Shown: in pieces, positions 1 to 8,933 of the stretch | How the letters are laid out: every line of letters begins with the position of its first letter | Numbering within the stretch: the stretch's first letter is position 1 | Origin: Armatimonadota bacterium | GTDB lineage: Bacteria > Armatimonadota > UBA5829 > JAUSEB01 | Assembly (NCBI GenBank): GCA_030650495.1 | Contig: JAUSEB010000181.1 | Coordinates: 1 to 16,575, forward strand | Direction of reading: 5' to 3' | DNA length: 16,575 nt | Program-made: the position numbers and the translations under genes | Notes under the pieces: generated by a model | Databases searched by the model: none | Told to the model about the DNA's origin: nothing | Seen by the model: the letters and a program-made list of their open reading frames with translations, nothing else

Positions 1-85
1 TCTTTGAAGCCGAAGCCTGAACCGTTGTTTCGGGATTTGAGTGGAGCGAAGCGGAATGGAAATCCCGAAACAAGCCACGGATGTA
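1..85. repeat. Copy 1 of a palindromic intergenic repeat family, long variant. Arms GTTTCGGGATTT (27-38) and AAATCCCGAAAC (60-71) enclose a 21-nt spacer. The left flank resembles the left flank of the copy at 8574-8721, so this copy is probably truncated by the window edge.
   Basis: A perfect 12-bp inverted repeat is visible in the sequence. The flank gaagccgaagcctgaaccgttGTTTCGGG resembles gagcggagccgaaaaccggtGTTTCGGG at 8584-8610. The internal GATTTGAG(T)GGAGCG motif and a downstream ACGGATG motif are shared with copy 2. Confidence 0.6.
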
Positions 86-151
86 ATGTTGAATGTTGAA
101 GGAGAGCGTGTCGGCGGCGATATCTTAAACCTTCAACATTCAACCTTCAAC
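81..151 (-). terminator. Hairpin downstream of nrdJ. A perfect 12-bp stem GAATGTTGAAGG (91-102) pairs with CCTTCAACATTC (130-141) around a 27-nt loop. It is flanked by short tandem repeats AATGTTG and CCTTCAAC. It is a possible 3'-end structure for nrdJ.
   Basis: The inverted repeat was read directly. It lies 29 nt beyond the nrdJ stop (170-172). No clear U-tract follows on the minus strand, so it is weak as an intrinsic terminator. Confidence 0.3.
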
Positions 152-169
152 TATCCCTCGACTTCCTCC

Positions 170-2398
170 CTACCCACACTTACTGAAACCGCAAAGGCGG
201 CAGACAACGCAGCCGCTTTCGTGCTCAACGGCGCCGCCGCAGTCGGGACACGCGCCTATCAGCGTGTCCAGCTTGTCCGATAGCTTCAGTACAGGCTGAT
301 TACCGCTATTTGAATCCTTCGCCTTTATATAGTTCTCTATTACTATTCCAATCGCGTCCGCGCAGGATAGAACCGGACCCGCGCTATCCCAGGAAGGGGT
401 CGGGCAGCGTATGCCGCGCAGATGTTTCAATATGGACTTGGCGTCTACTCCAGCCCTGAGCGATAGAGAGATAAGCCTGCCGGTCGCCTCCAACTGGGAA
501 GCGGCGCAGCCTCCGGCCTTGCCCATCTGCGTGAAGACTTCGCACAGGCCATGCTCGTCTTCGTTGATCGTTATATATAGATTGCCACAGCCGGTGCTTA
601 TGCGCTCGGTGATTCCGAAAGTTCTATTTGGCCTTGGACGCGGAGCGCGCGATACTTGTTGCGCCGCGCCGCTCTCCTGTTTGCCGCCGGAGCCGAAGCT
701 CAGAACCTGCTCGTCCCGGCTTCCGTCACGGTAAATAGTCACGCCTTTGCAGCCTTCTTTGTAGGCTAATTGATATACCTCGCGCACGTCTTCGGGCGTG
801 GCGGTTTCGGGGAAATTGACCGTCTTCGAGACCGCGTTATCCGTGAACCGCTGGAACGCCGCCTGCATCTTTACGTGCCAGCTCGGCGCAATGTCCATAG
901 CCGTTACGAAGATTCTCTGCAGGTCGGTCGGAACGCCGTCAACGCCTCTTATACTACCCTTTGTCGCAAGTTCCTTCATCAGGTCTTCTTTATAGAAATC
1001 TCTTTCGCGCGCCACTTTCTCGAAATGCGGATTGACTTCGACCATTTCCGTCCCATCCAGCACACGTCTGACGTAGGAAACGGCGAACAACGGCTCGACC
1101 CCGCTTGAGCAGTTGGCGATAATGCTGAGCGTGCCGGTAGGAGCGATGGTCGTCACCGTCGCGTTCCGCACACGCATACCATCGGGACGGTCGTAAACGC
1201 TGCCTCTGATGTTCGGAAATGCGCCGCGCTCCTCCGCCAATTCCACGGACATCTTCTTCGCTTCTTGGGAGATGAAGCTCATCACCTGCTCCGCCGTATG
1301 GATGCCTTGCTCGGAATTGTAAGGAGTCCCCATTAGAATGAGCATATCGGCGAATCCCATAACGCCCAGGCCGATCTTGCGGTTGCCCCTGGTCATATCC
1401 GCGATGGCGTTAAACGGATACTCATTGACATCTATCACGTCATCCAGGAACCTGACCGCCAGGCGAACGGTTTTCCGCAATTTCTCGAAGTCGATATCTT
1501 TATGGCCGTCATCTGTATAGACCATATTCGACAGGTTGATAGAGCCTAAGTTACAAGACTCATAAGGAAGAAGCGGCTGCTCACCGCAAGGATTAGTACT
1601 CTCGATCTGGCCAAGATGCGGCGTTGGATTATCCCGATTCACGCGGTCTATGAAGATAATACCCGGCTCGCCGTTTCGCCATGCCATGTTGACGATCAGA
1701 TCGAAGACCTTGCGCGCGTCGAACATCTTGCCTGTTGCGCCAACACGCGGACTCATAAGCTCGTAGTCTTCGGCTTTATCCAGCGCCTGCATGAATTTAT
1801 CAGTGAGCAGCACGGATATGTTGAAGTTGTTCAGCTTTGTATTGTCTTTTTTGCACGTGATAAAATCCAGAATGTCCGGGTGATCGACGCGGAGACAGCC
1901 CATATTCGCGCCGCGACGAGTTCCACCCTGCTTGATGGCTTCGGTCGCCGCGTTAAATACTTCCATGAAAGAAATTGGGCCGCTGGAAACGCCGTTTGTC
2001 GATTGCACCACGTCTTTAGCGGGCCGTAGCCGTGAGAACGCGAAGCCTGTTCCACCGCCGCTTTTGTGTATTAACGCGGTGTGCTTCACGGTCTCGAAGA
2101 TGCTGTCCATCGAGTCCTCGATTGGCAGCACGAAGCAGGCCGAGAGTTGGCCAAGCGGCCTTCCCGCGTTCATAAGCGTTGGGCTGTTAGGCAGGAAGTC
2201 CAGATCGTACATTAGACTGTAGAATTCATCCGCAATGGAACGGGTTTCAGTTTCCGTCTTTCCGTAGGCCTTTTCCGCTTCCGCTATAGCGTCGGCCACG
2301 CGCCTGAACATTTGCTCGGGCGTTTCTACGACTTTTCCAGCCTCATCCTTTCTCAAGTACCTCTTTTCCAACACTGTGACCGCGTTCTTACTCAGCAT
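170..2398 (-). CDS. nrdJ: Class II (adenosylcobalamin-dependent) ribonucleoside-diphosphate/triphosphate reductase NrdJ. It is the monomeric type with a C-terminal CxxC...CxxC zinc ribbon.
   Basis: The 747-aa ORF has RNR hallmarks, including the PCGEQPL and CNLGSINL active-site regions, the N-terminal ATP-cone-less LEKRYL motif and the C-terminal CPDCGG...CVVCRLCG motif. The ORF track starts at a GTG at 2413. I prefer the ATG at 2396-2398 because GGAGGAGCAGG lies 6 nt upstream and the N-terminus [15 protein letters not shown] is typical. Confidence 0.9.
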   Translation of the reverse strand: MLSKNAVTVLEKRYLRKDEAGKVVETPEQMFRRVADAIAEAEKAYGKTETETRSIADEFYSLMYDLDFLPNSPTLMNAGRPLGQLSACFVLPIEDSMDSIFETVKHTALIHKSGGGTGFAFSRLRPAKDVVQSTNGVSSGPISFMEVFNAATEAIKQGGTRRGANMGCLRVDHPDILDFITCKKDNTKLNNFNISVLLTDKFMQALDKAEDYELMSPRVGATGKMFDARKVFDLIVNMAWRNGEPGIIFIDRVNRDNPTPHLGQIESTNPCGEQPLLPYESCNLGSINLSNMVYTDDGHKDIDFEKLRKTVRLAVRFLDDVIDVNEYPFNAIADMTRGNRKIGLGVMGFADMLILMGTPYNSEQGIHTAEQVMSFISQEAKKMSVELAEERGAFPNIRGSVYDRPDGMRVRNATVTTIAPTGTLSIIANCSSGVEPLFAVSYVRRVLDGTEMVEVNPHFEKVARERDFYKEDLMKELATKGSIRGVDGVPTDLQRIFVTAMDIAPSWHVKMQAAFQRFTDNAVSKTVNFPETATPEDVREVYQLAYKEGCKGVTIYRDGSRDEQVLSFGSGGKQESGAAQQVSRAPRPRPNRTFGITERISTGCGNLYITINEDEHGLCEVFTQMGKAGGCAASQLEATGRLISLSLRAGVDAKSILKHLRGIRCPTPSWDSAGPVLSCADAIGIVIENYIKAKDSNSGNQPVLKLSDKLDTLIGACPDCGGAVEHESGCVVCRLCGFSKCG

Positions 2399-2438
2399 CC
2401 TGCTCCTCCGCACCCTATGATCTATGAAAGTTTTGGTT

Positions 2439-2463
2439 GTTTCGGCATTTGAAATGCCGAAAC
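2439..2463. repeat. Copy 2439-2463 of the repeat family, short variant. It is the perfect 25-bp palindrome GTTTCGGCATTT-G-AAATGCCGAAAC followed by ACACC. It sits between the nrdR stop and the nrdJ start.
   Basis: The same 28 nt, GTTTCGGCATTTGAAATGCCGAAACACC, recur at 14550-14577. Compared with the long variant the arms differ at one position, GGG/CCC versus GGC/GCC, and the change is compensatory, which keeps the stem intact. Confidence 0.7.
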
Positions 2464-2472
2464 ACCGTTTTA

Positions 2473-2946
2473 TCAGCGCACCCGCCCTTTTCTCCTCGGG
2501 CGGTCTAAAACGTCTATTATTTCCTTAAACTGCGTTACGTCTTCAAATTCGCGGTAAACCGACGCGAATCGAACGAAAGCTACCCTGTCCAACTTGCTCA
2601 ACCGCTCCATGACCATCTCGCCTATCTCCGCTGAGGTGATCTCCCTTTGCCCACTGTTGTAGATAGAGCGTTCTATCTCGTCAGCGACGGACTCCAGCGT
2701 TTCCGCGCTTACCGGACGCTTTTCACAAGCCGCAAGCATGCCCCTAAGCAATTTCCCTCGCTCGAATGGCTCCCTGCGCTGGTCCTTTTTTACGACGAGG
2801 ATGCGCATTTCCTCGATCTCTTCGTAGGTGGTGAAGCGCCTTCCGCAATTGAGGCATTCGCGCCTCCGCTTGATCGATTCACCTTCTCTTACTGACCGGG
2901 AATCGAGGACTCTGTCTTCCTGGAACCCGCAAAAAGGGCATTTCAT
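2473..2946 (-). CDS. nrdR: Transcriptional repressor NrdR, with an N-terminal zinc ribbon and an ATP-cone.
   Basis: The 157-aa ORF starts MKCPFCG....[12 protein letters not shown] (zinc ribbon) and continues into an ATP-cone ([11 protein letters not shown]...). It sits immediately upstream of the RNR gene, as is typical. The ATG is at 2944-2946. Confidence 0.9.
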   Translation of the reverse strand: MKCPFCGFQEDRVLDSRSVREGESIKRRRECLNCGRRFTTYEEIEEMRILVVKKDQRREPFERGKLLRGMLAACEKRPVSAETLESVADEIERSIYNSGQREITSAEIGEMVMERLSKLDRVAFVRFASVYREFEDVTQFKEIIDVLDRPRRKGRVR

Positions 2947-2961
2947 TTGGCTACCTGATAG

Positions 2962-2977
2962 ACACTACATGTTGTGG
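2962..2977. promoter_or_regulatory. NrdR box (operator) ACACTACATGTTGTGG in the nrdR leader. It overlaps the predicted transcription start.
   Basis: It matches the published palindromic NrdR-box consensus acaCwAtATaTwGtgt at about 13 of 16 positions. It lies between the predicted -10 and the RBS of nrdR. Confidence 0.5.
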
Positions 2978-2985
2978 GCGTAGTA

Positions 2986-3047
2986 AATGTAGCATACTAT
3001 ATATTCCGCGTCAATAGGAATTTTAATCAGTTATAAAAAATATTTTT
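2986..3047 (-). promoter_or_regulatory. Putative sigma70-type promoter of the nrdR-nrdJ operon. The -35 is TTGACG (3009-3014, minus strand), followed by a 17-nt spacer and a -10 TACATT (2986-2991). An upstream A/T-rich UP-like tract includes the perfect palindrome AAAAATATTTTT.
   Basis: Hexamers and spacing were read from the reverse complement. The A/T tract 3017-3047 sits at about -40 to -70. Confidence 0.4.
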
Positions 3048-3081
3048 GAGGTTATTCTTGCGGCGCAAAGCAGGCTGGCTG

Positions 3082-4215
3082 CTATTGCAATTTGGAGTGG
3101 ATTATTGGCGTTCCGAGATCTACATTATCGCCGCTTTCCTCTGCTTCCCGCTTGGCTCTAGGCGCGATTATATAGAATCGGACCATCTCTCTCAATACCG
3201 CCGCGACGGGAGCCGCTAGGAACATACCGAATATACCGAAGAATTCACCGCCAATTAGAAGGACAATGATAATCATGGCCGGATGCAGTCTCATCTGGTG
3301 GCCTATTAGTTTTGGCAAGAGAAACTTGCTTTCCACAAGGTGCAAGAGGCAGAACAATATCAGAAGAGTGACTCCAATCTGGGGAGCCTTTATAAGGCCA
3401 AAAAGTACTATGGCGATTCCGCTGATGATCGGTCCCACTACGGGGATTGCGCGTGTGACACCTGCAAGCACTGCCAATGCAAGGGCATAGTTCAGATCTA
3501 ACCCCCATAGCAGCAGTCCGACGACCACGCCCGCTATAACGCATAGCGTTAACTGTCCGATGATATAATTTTGCAAAATCGCCCCAATATGCTTGAGCAA
3601 ATGTAGGGCTTCCCTGCGCCGGGCTTTTGGCAATGCGCCGACGAATTCCCGCCGCAGCGAACGGTAATCCAGCGCAAAATAAAAGGCTAGCACAGGTATC
3701 AGAATAATATCCAACGCATGCTGCGCCCATTCAATTGTGCTGCCGACGACGCGAGTGAACCACGCCGAGACGGTGGTCTTGATCTTCTCCTTGTCAGTGT
3801 CGTTGAACAGGTCTTTTACATCTCGCGGCAGAGCCGAATACCATTTATTTGCTTTTTGCAAAAGTGTATCGAGTTTATTTATATAATCGTCAACGTTGCG
3901 GTTCAGGTCTCTCGCTTCAATCGCGATTGGAGCGACAATGTATTGGATCATTATTCCAAACACAGCCAATATAACCACGAACACAAGAACGGACGCCCAG
4001 AATCTTTGGGACCGATAGCTCCAGCCTTTGACCTTCCATGAACATAGGAATTCTATTGCGGGTAGAGCGACGTAGGTTAGCATTACCGCCAGCAGAACAG
4101 CCACAAGTATCGACCGGACACGATACAAAGCGTATCCGATTATCGCCAACAGCCCAAGGCGGACAAAGAACCCCCATACCACACTTAGTGTTGTTTCCGC
4201 TCTAGTCTTTGTCAT
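3082..4215 (-). CDS. AI-2E family transporter (UPF0118/PerM-like polytopic membrane protein).
   Basis: The 377-aa ORF is highly hydrophobic with multiple TM segments. A C-terminal conserved region (...IPVVGPIISGIAI...LLHLVE...GEFFGIFGMFLAAPVAAVLREMV) is typical of the family. Its ATG overlaps the wecB stop (ATGA). Confidence 0.6.
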   Translation of the reverse strand: MTKTRAETTLSVVWGFFVRLGLLAIIGYALYRVRSILVAVLLAVMLTYVALPAIEFLCSWKVKGWSYRSQRFWASVLVFVVILAVFGIMIQYIVAPIAIEARDLNRNVDDYINKLDTLLQKANKWYSALPRDVKDLFNDTDKEKIKTTVSAWFTRVVGSTIEWAQHALDIILIPVLAFYFALDYRSLRREFVGALPKARRREALHLLKHIGAILQNYIIGQLTLCVIAGVVVGLLLWGLDLNYALALAVLAGVTRAIPVVGPIISGIAIVLFGLIKAPQIGVTLLILFCLLHLVESKFLLPKLIGHQMRLHPAMIIIVLLIGGEFFGIFGMFLAAPVAAVLREMVRFYIIAPRAKREAEESGDNVDLGTPIIHSKLQ

Positions 4216-5345
4216 ATCTTAAAATACTCGAATATAGCTTCGCGAATTCGCCTGGCGGCGCTGCCGTCGCCAAATGGGCTTTTCACTTCCGACATCCGGT
4301 CATACTGCGTCCTGCTTGCCAGAAGCGACTCCACTTCAGCCACAATGTCTTTCTTTTTCGTTCCGATAAGCCGCGCGCTCCCTGCTTCGACGGCTTCCGG
4401 CCGCTCTGTCGTCTCTCTTAATATAAGCACAGGTTTGCCCAAGGATGGGGCTTCTTCTTGAACACCACCGGAATCGGTAAGAATCAGATACGACCGCTTC
4501 ATCATATGCACGAACGGCACGTAATCCGGCGGTTCGGTCAAGTAAACCCGGTTTACTCCCTCAAGCGCCGGATAGACAACTTCCCGCACAATGGGATTCT
4601 TGTGAACCGGAAAGACCACTTTCACATCCGGGTGCCGCTTAACGATAGTCGCAATCGCCTCGCAAATAGACTGAATCGGCTCTCCCCAGTTTTCCCTTCG
4701 ATGAGCTGTAACCAGAATTACCCGGCTGCCCTTATCGAACGCATTCTCGATTTCAGAATCATCGAACTTATATTGCTTTTTTGCTACGGTTAGAAGCGCG
4801 TCTATTACCGTGTTTCCAGTGACGTATATTTTCTCGTCGGGGATGCCGTCTTTCAGCAAATTCCGCCGGGCCATCTCGGTCGGAGCGAAATGAAGGTCGC
4901 CGAGAACAGTCGTCAGCCGCCGGTTCATCTCTTCCGGGAACGGGTTATACTTATTATCGGTTCTCAAACCGGCTTCCACATGTCCAAAGGGAATCTTGTG
5001 GTAGAACGCGGCCAGGCTTGCCGCGAATGTGGTAGTGGTATCCCCCTGCGCCAAAACCATCTTGGGATTTACTTCCTCGAATACTTTCTCCAGACCTTCT
5101 AGGCAGCGGCAAGTGATGGACGCGAGGCTCTGTTTCTCGCGCATTATCTGAAGATCGAAGTCCGGTTTGATATCGAATACATCGAGAACCTGGTCCAGCA
5201 TTTCCCTATGCTGCCCGCTTACTGCCACTGAGAGCGCCACTTTGTCAGGGAATTTGCGAAGATCTTGCACTACGGGAGCCATTTTGACCGCGTCGGGGCG
5301 TGTTCCGAATACCGCTAAGATGTTAATGGGCTTCTTTTCGCTCAT
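4212..5345 (-). CDS. wecB: UDP-N-acetylglucosamine 2-epimerase (non-hydrolysing).
   Basis: The 377-aa ORF carries MnaA/WecB hallmarks: N-terminal ILAVFGTRPDAVKMAPVV, HVEAGLRT, and NPFPEEMNRR. Confidence 0.9.
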   Translation of the reverse strand: MSEKKPINILAVFGTRPDAVKMAPVVQDLRKFPDKVALSVAVSGQHREMLDQVLDVFDIKPDFDLQIMREKQSLASITCRCLEGLEKVFEEVNPKMVLAQGDTTTTFAASLAAFYHKIPFGHVEAGLRTDNKYNPFPEEMNRRLTTVLGDLHFAPTEMARRNLLKDGIPDEKIYVTGNTVIDALLTVAKKQYKFDDSEIENAFDKGSRVILVTAHRRENWGEPIQSICEAIATIVKRHPDVKVVFPVHKNPIVREVVYPALEGVNRVYLTEPPDYVPFVHMMKRSYLILTDSGGVQEEAPSLGKPVLILRETTERPEAVEAGSARLIGTKKKDIVAEVESLLASRTQYDRMSEVKSPFGDGSAARRIREAIFEYFKI

Positions 5346-6322
5346 TGTGAGACCGCGTAGAATGTCAGCGCAGTAGCGGACAGGATTATTGTAAGACCGT
5401 ATATGATGAGCACTACCTTGCTGTGGCTCAACCCTCTTTCCAATAGGCGATGGTGGACGTGGCTTTTGTCGGCCAAATGCACGGGCCGGCGCTCTAAAAA
5501 TCTTCGTATGACAACAAACACGGCGTCCAGTATCGGCACGCCGAGGGCGAATACCGGCACCGCGACCGCCGCCAGAGTCGCGACTTTGAAGGCGCCGATT
5601 ATGGACAGAGACGCCAGGACAAATCCCATAAACTGCGAGCCGACGGTTCCCATGAATATCTTGGCGGGCGGGTAGTTGTGGCGAAGAAATCCCAGGCTTG
5701 CGCCGATAAGCGCTCCAGCCATTATCGCCACTTCCAGAAACGATTTTGGATTAGTTCCATGCGCCTGCGCTTGAATAGCCATCAGAAGCAGCGTGGTCGC
5801 GGCAATCGCGCATATCCCCGAAGCAAGCCCGTCCAAGCCATCGATTAAATCTACGGTCTTTGTCACGCCAAAGACCCATATAATAGTCATTGGAATCGAG
5901 AGCGCGCCGAGGGTAACGAGTTTGGGAGCGTTGAATGGATGTGTTAGAAATTGGATTTTGATTCCGAAATAGATGAGGACGAAGGTCGCGCCGACGATAC
6001 CTGCGATTTGTAATATTGGTGACAGGTTGAACCTGTCGTCTAACGCGCCGACCACCGCCACTATGGTCCCGGCTACAATTACAGCGATTATTTGTCCATC
6101 CTGAAATATTGATCTGTTAAGCAATCCAACAATGAGAGCCGCTGAAACAAAGGCTATATATATAGCGACTCCGCCAAATCTCGGCGTGGGTGTGGAGTGC
6201 ACGCGCCTTTCGTCGGGATGATCTATAGCGCCGAACTTCCATGCAAGCTTGCCGACAATCGGCGTCAGGAAGTAAGATATGCCTAATGAGATCACTATGG
6301 CTACAATTGCCGCCGGATTCAT
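5342..6322 (-). CDS. Polyprenyl-phosphate N-acetylhexosamine-1-phosphate transferase (glycosyltransferase family 4, MraY/WecA/TagO-like). At 326 aa it is of WecA/TagO size.
   Basis: Motifs [22 protein letters not shown] and [10 protein letters not shown] lie in a polytopic membrane protein. The start and stop overlap the neighbouring genes by 4 nt. Confidence 0.75.
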   Translation of the reverse strand: MNPAAIVAIVISLGISYFLTPIVGKLAWKFGAIDHPDERRVHSTPTPRFGGVAIYIAFVSAALIVGLLNRSIFQDGQIIAVIVAGTIVAVVGALDDRFNLSPILQIAGIVGATFVLIYFGIKIQFLTHPFNAPKLVTLGALSIPMTIIWVFGVTKTVDLIDGLDGLASGICAIAATTLLLMAIQAQAHGTNPKSFLEVAIMAGALIGASLGFLRHNYPPAKIFMGTVGSQFMGFVLASLSIIGAFKVATLAAVAVPVFALGVPILDAVFVVIRRFLERRPVHLADKSHVHHRLLERGLSHSKVVLIIYGLTIILSATALTFYAVSQ

Positions 6323-6804
6323 AGTTCCGTAACCTCAGCTACCTTGCCGTCGCTGGCGTACTTAACGATCTCAACTTCCGCCTGTTCCAACATTTGAATC
6401 GCAAACTCGTCTGGATAATCGCCCTCGAAAACGACTCTGCTGATCCCCGCGTTTATCAACACCTTGGCGCACAGGCTGCAGGGCTGGTGAGTGCAGTAAA
6501 GAGTAGAGCCTCTGGTGGCGACTCCATACAAAGCCGCCTGGATGATCGCGTTTTGCTCGGAATGCAGCGCACGGCAGATTTCATGCCGCGTACCGGACGG
6601 GATTCCAAGCTCGTCCCGCAGGCAGCCCAGCTCCAGGCAGTGCGGCAAGCCGGATGGTGCGCCGTTGTATCCCGTTGCAAGAATTCTCCTGTCTCTTACT
6701 ATTACCGCGCCGATCTGACGCCGCAAACAAGTGGAGCGTTTCGCAACGACTTCGGCGATTTCCATAAAATACTGGTCCCAATCGGGCCTGGACATCAGCA
6801 GCAT
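6319..6804 (-). CDS. comEB: Deoxycytidylate (dCMP) deaminase, ComEB type.
   Basis: The 161-aa ORF has the CMP/dCMP deaminase zinc motifs H(S)EQNAI and PCSLCAKV. The N-terminal [12 protein letters not shown] is typical. Confidence 0.85.
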   Translation of the reverse strand: MLLMSRPDWDQYFMEIAEVVAKRSTCLRRQIGAVIVRDRRILATGYNGAPSGLPHCLELGCLRDELGIPSGTRHEICRALHSEQNAIIQAALYGVATRGSTLYCTHQPCSLCAKVLINAGISRVVFEGDYPDEFAIQMLEQAEVEIVKYASDGKVAEVTEL

Positions 6805-8084
6805 CCTCCATCAGCGGAAACTGGAAAAGCGTCGCACAAGGCTTTTACGCGTTTTCTTACTTCAGCCCGTATGGCTTCGTTTTCTATATCGCTCAAGATA
6901 GTATTTATCAAATCGGCGATGATTTCCATCTCAGGCTCCCGCATTCCTCTGGTCGTCACCGCCGGAGTTCCTATACGAATACCGCTTGTGATAAACGGCT
7001 TTTGCGTATCAAATGGGATCGTGTTCTTATTCAGCGATATGTTCACATCGTCCATCGCCGTCTGTACCTGGTGTCCAGTCAAGCCCATAGGGTTAAGATC
7101 GACCAGCATCAGGTGATTATCCGTGCCGCCGGAGACAAGACGCAATCCCTTTGTCGCCAGTGTTTCCGCCAGAGCCTTTGCGTTCCTACGTATTTGCCGC
7201 TGGTATTCTTTGAACTCCGGAGCCATGGCCTCTTTGAAGCAAACTGCTTTTGCCGCGACAATATGCATCAACGGCCCGCCTTGAAGGCCCGGGAACACGG
7301 CTTTGTCTATCGCTTCGGACATTTCTTTAGCGCACAAAATCATACCGGACCTTGGTCCGCGCAGCGTTTTATGGGTTGTGCTGGTTACTATTTGCGCGTG
7401 CGGCGCTGGCGACGGATGCTCTCCAGCCGCCACCAGTCCGGCTATGTGCGCCATATCGACCATCAGGATTGCCCCGACATCGTCAGCGATCTTGCGCAGT
7501 CTTGGGAAATCTATAATTCTTGGATAAGCGGTCGCGCCGGCTACTATCAGCTTTGGACGCCGCTCCTTTGCTATCCGGTGGATGTCGTCGTAATCAAGCG
7601 TCTCATCAGCGCGGCTGACGCCGTAAGGCACGACATTGTAAATCTTTCCAGAGAAGTTTACGGGGCTTCCGTGAGTTAAGTGCCCGCCGTGCGAGAGATT
7701 CATCGCCATGTATGTATCGCCTGGATTCAAAACGGCGAAATACGCGGCCATATTGGCCTGGGAGCCGGAATGAGGTTGGACGTTCGCATGATCCGCTCCG
7801 AAAAGCTCCTTCGCCCTGCTGATGGCGATCCGCTCGACCACATCGACATACTCGCAACCGCCGTAGTAACGCTTCCCCGGATAACCTTCCGCGTACTTAT
7901 TGGTCAGGACCGACCCCTGCGCCTGTCGCACGGCGCGGCTGGCATAGTTCTCTGAGGCGATTAGGACGATCTTATCCTGCTGCCGCCGTTCCTCCTGCCG
8001 AATTACATCGTATATTTCCGGGTCCTCTTTCAGCAAATCCGCTGCCATACTCTCCACGGCTTTGTTAATATCGGTTACTCCCAC
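6795..8084 (-). CDS. glyA: Serine hydroxymethyltransferase.
   Basis: The ORF contains [41 protein letters not shown] and the PLP-lysine region [11 protein letters not shown]. The track start at 8084 is a GTG with AGGAGG 10 nt upstream. An alternative ATG at 8046-8048 gives [11 protein letters not shown]. The 3' end overlaps the comEB start by 10 nt. Confidence 0.92.
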   Translation of the reverse strand: MGVTDINKAVESMAADLLKEDPEIYDVIRQEERRQQDKIVLIASENYASRAVRQAQGSVLTNKYAEGYPGKRYYGGCEYVDVVERIAISRAKELFGADHANVQPHSGSQANMAAYFAVLNPGDTYMAMNLSHGGHLTHGSPVNFSGKIYNVVPYGVSRADETLDYDDIHRIAKERRPKLIVAGATAYPRIIDFPRLRKIADDVGAILMVDMAHIAGLVAAGEHPSPAPHAQIVTSTTHKTLRGPRSGMILCAKEMSEAIDKAVFPGLQGGPLMHIVAAKAVCFKEAMAPEFKEYQRQIRRNAKALAETLATKGLRLVSGGTDNHLMLVDLNPMGLTGHQVQTAMDDVNISLNKNTIPFDTQKPFITSGIRIGTPAVTTRGMREPEMEIIADLINTILSDIENEAIRAEVRKRVKALCDAFPVSADGGCC

Positions 8085-8098
8085 GGGGTCGGAACCTC

Positions 8099-8554
8099 CT
8101 AATCACGTTCAATCTCGGCGATTTTGCCGACTCGACGCGCATGCCTTTCTTCATTTGAAAATGGCGTATTCATCCATTTCTCCACTATTTTACAGGCATC
8201 TTCGGGACTTGTTTTCCAGCCGGACAGGACGAGCACGTTGGCGTCATTATGCAGGCGCGACAGTTCCGCGCAGTCCATATCCCGGCAAAGAGCCGCCCGA
8301 ACTCCCGCGACCTTGTTTGCGGCCATAGACATCCCAATACCTGTCCCACAAATCAAGATACCAGAGTCAAAATCCCCGTCGGCGACGCCCTTCGACACTT
8401 CAATAGCAACGTCGGGATAATCTATTCGCTCCTCGGAAAACGCGCCATAATCTTTCAGGTCTACTTCACACGAACGCAGATATTGGACCACTTTTTCTTT
8501 GAGCTTAAATCCGGCATGATCAGACCCGATTGCAAATTTCATATTCTTTGTCAT
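8099..8554 (-). CDS. rpiB: Ribose-5-phosphate isomerase B (RpiB/LacAB family).
   Basis: The motifs [12 protein letters not shown] and [16 protein letters not shown] include the catalytic Cys. An alternative ATG lies at 8540-8542. The rpiB-glyA adjacency is a conserved arrangement. Confidence 0.88.
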   Translation of the reverse strand: MTKNMKFAIGSDHAGFKLKEKVVQYLRSCEVDLKDYGAFSEERIDYPDVAIEVSKGVADGDFDSGILICGTGIGMSMAANKVAGVRAALCRDMDCAELSRLHNDANVLVLSGWKTSPEDACKIVEKWMNTPFSNEERHARRVGKIAEIERD

Positions 8555-8573
8555 TGCCTTAAAATACCTGTAT

Positions 8574-8721
8574 CGTCATTTCGAGCGGAGCCGAAAACCG
8601 GTGTTTCGGGATTTGAGGAGCGCGAATATACCTTCTATATCACTATTAAGTAAGTTACGCTCCGGAAATCCCGAAACAACAAAGAATAAAAGCAGATTCC
8701 TCCACTTCGGTCGGAATGACG
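8574..8721. repeat. Copy 3 of the repeat family, full-length long variant. Core arms GTTTCGGGATTT (8603-8614) and AAATCCCGAAAC (8666-8677) enclose a 51-nt spacer. The spacer has its own GGAGCG/CGCTCC pairing. The core is embedded in an outer imperfect inverted repeat, CGTCATTTCGAGCGGAG (8574-8590) against CTTCGGTCGGAATGACG (8705-8721), giving a MITE-like architecture.
   Basis: The inverted repeats were read directly. The outer arms match at 14 of 17 positions. An additional CCGAAA-(7-nt loop)-TTTCGG hairpin lies at 8591-8608. The element sits in the divergent intergenic region between rpiB and the flotillin-like gene. Confidence 0.65.
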
Positions 8722-8933
8722 GATGCGAAGCGCCCGATTTAATCATAGAATTCTGTAATAGTCAAAACGCCAGCCAATCTTGATTATATTCCAACCTACT
8801 CACCGATGTAAAGAAAAGTGAAGGTTAATGGCGAGACATTGTCGAATATAGACTCAACAACCTAAGACCCCAGGCGGGATTTTGTTCTTGCTGTATGCGC
8901 TGATGGGCTTTTCATAAAGAAGGAGACTCTAAA

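Noticed and set aside
41-283. 80-aa plus-strand ORF spanning the repeat and the nrdJ 3' end
   Set aside because: It overlaps the nrdJ C-terminal zinc-ribbon coding region in antisense and runs through the repeat and hairpin region. It has no RBS, so it is spurious.
411-2222. Several ORFs of 60-137 aa in other frames and the antisense strand inside nrdJ (411..734+, 770..1108+, 798..995+, 1338..1520+, 1616..2029+, 1831..2055-, 1932..2222+)
   Set aside because: They lie entirely inside a strongly supported class II RNR reading frame. They have no RBS and no recognisable motifs. They are typical shadow ORFs of a GC-moderate gene.
2399-2472. Cobalamin (B12) riboswitch upstream of the B12-dependent nrdJ
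   Set aside because: The leader is only about 74 nt and consists mostly of the 25-bp palindrome. No B12-box-like sequence is present. B12 riboswitches normally control B12-independent RNRs, not nrdJ.
2990-3008. Possible second NrdR box (GCATACTATATATTCC)
   Set aside because: Only about 10 of 16 positions match the consensus, and it lacks the CAC/GTG flanks. The AT-rich core coincides with the promoter spacer and -10 region. It is mentioned inside the NrdR finding but not called as a feature.
3245-4177. 161-aa and 86-aa minus-strand ORFs and 74/107-aa plus-strand ORFs within the AI-2E transporter gene
   Set aside because: They are alternative frames of a hydrophobic membrane-protein gene. 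They have no independent signals.
6394-7679. Long antisense ORFs, 240 aa (6394..7116+) and 225 aa (7002..7679+), opposite comEB and glyA
   Set aside because: The opposite strand encodes unmistakable dCMP deaminase and SHMT. The antisense translations are low-complexity and Arg/Ser-rich, typical of the reverse frame of real genes.
8601-8783. 60-aa plus-strand ORF across the rpiB/flotillin intergenic region
   Set aside because: It runs through the palindromic repeat element, has no RBS and its translation is low-complexity. It is more likely non-coding.
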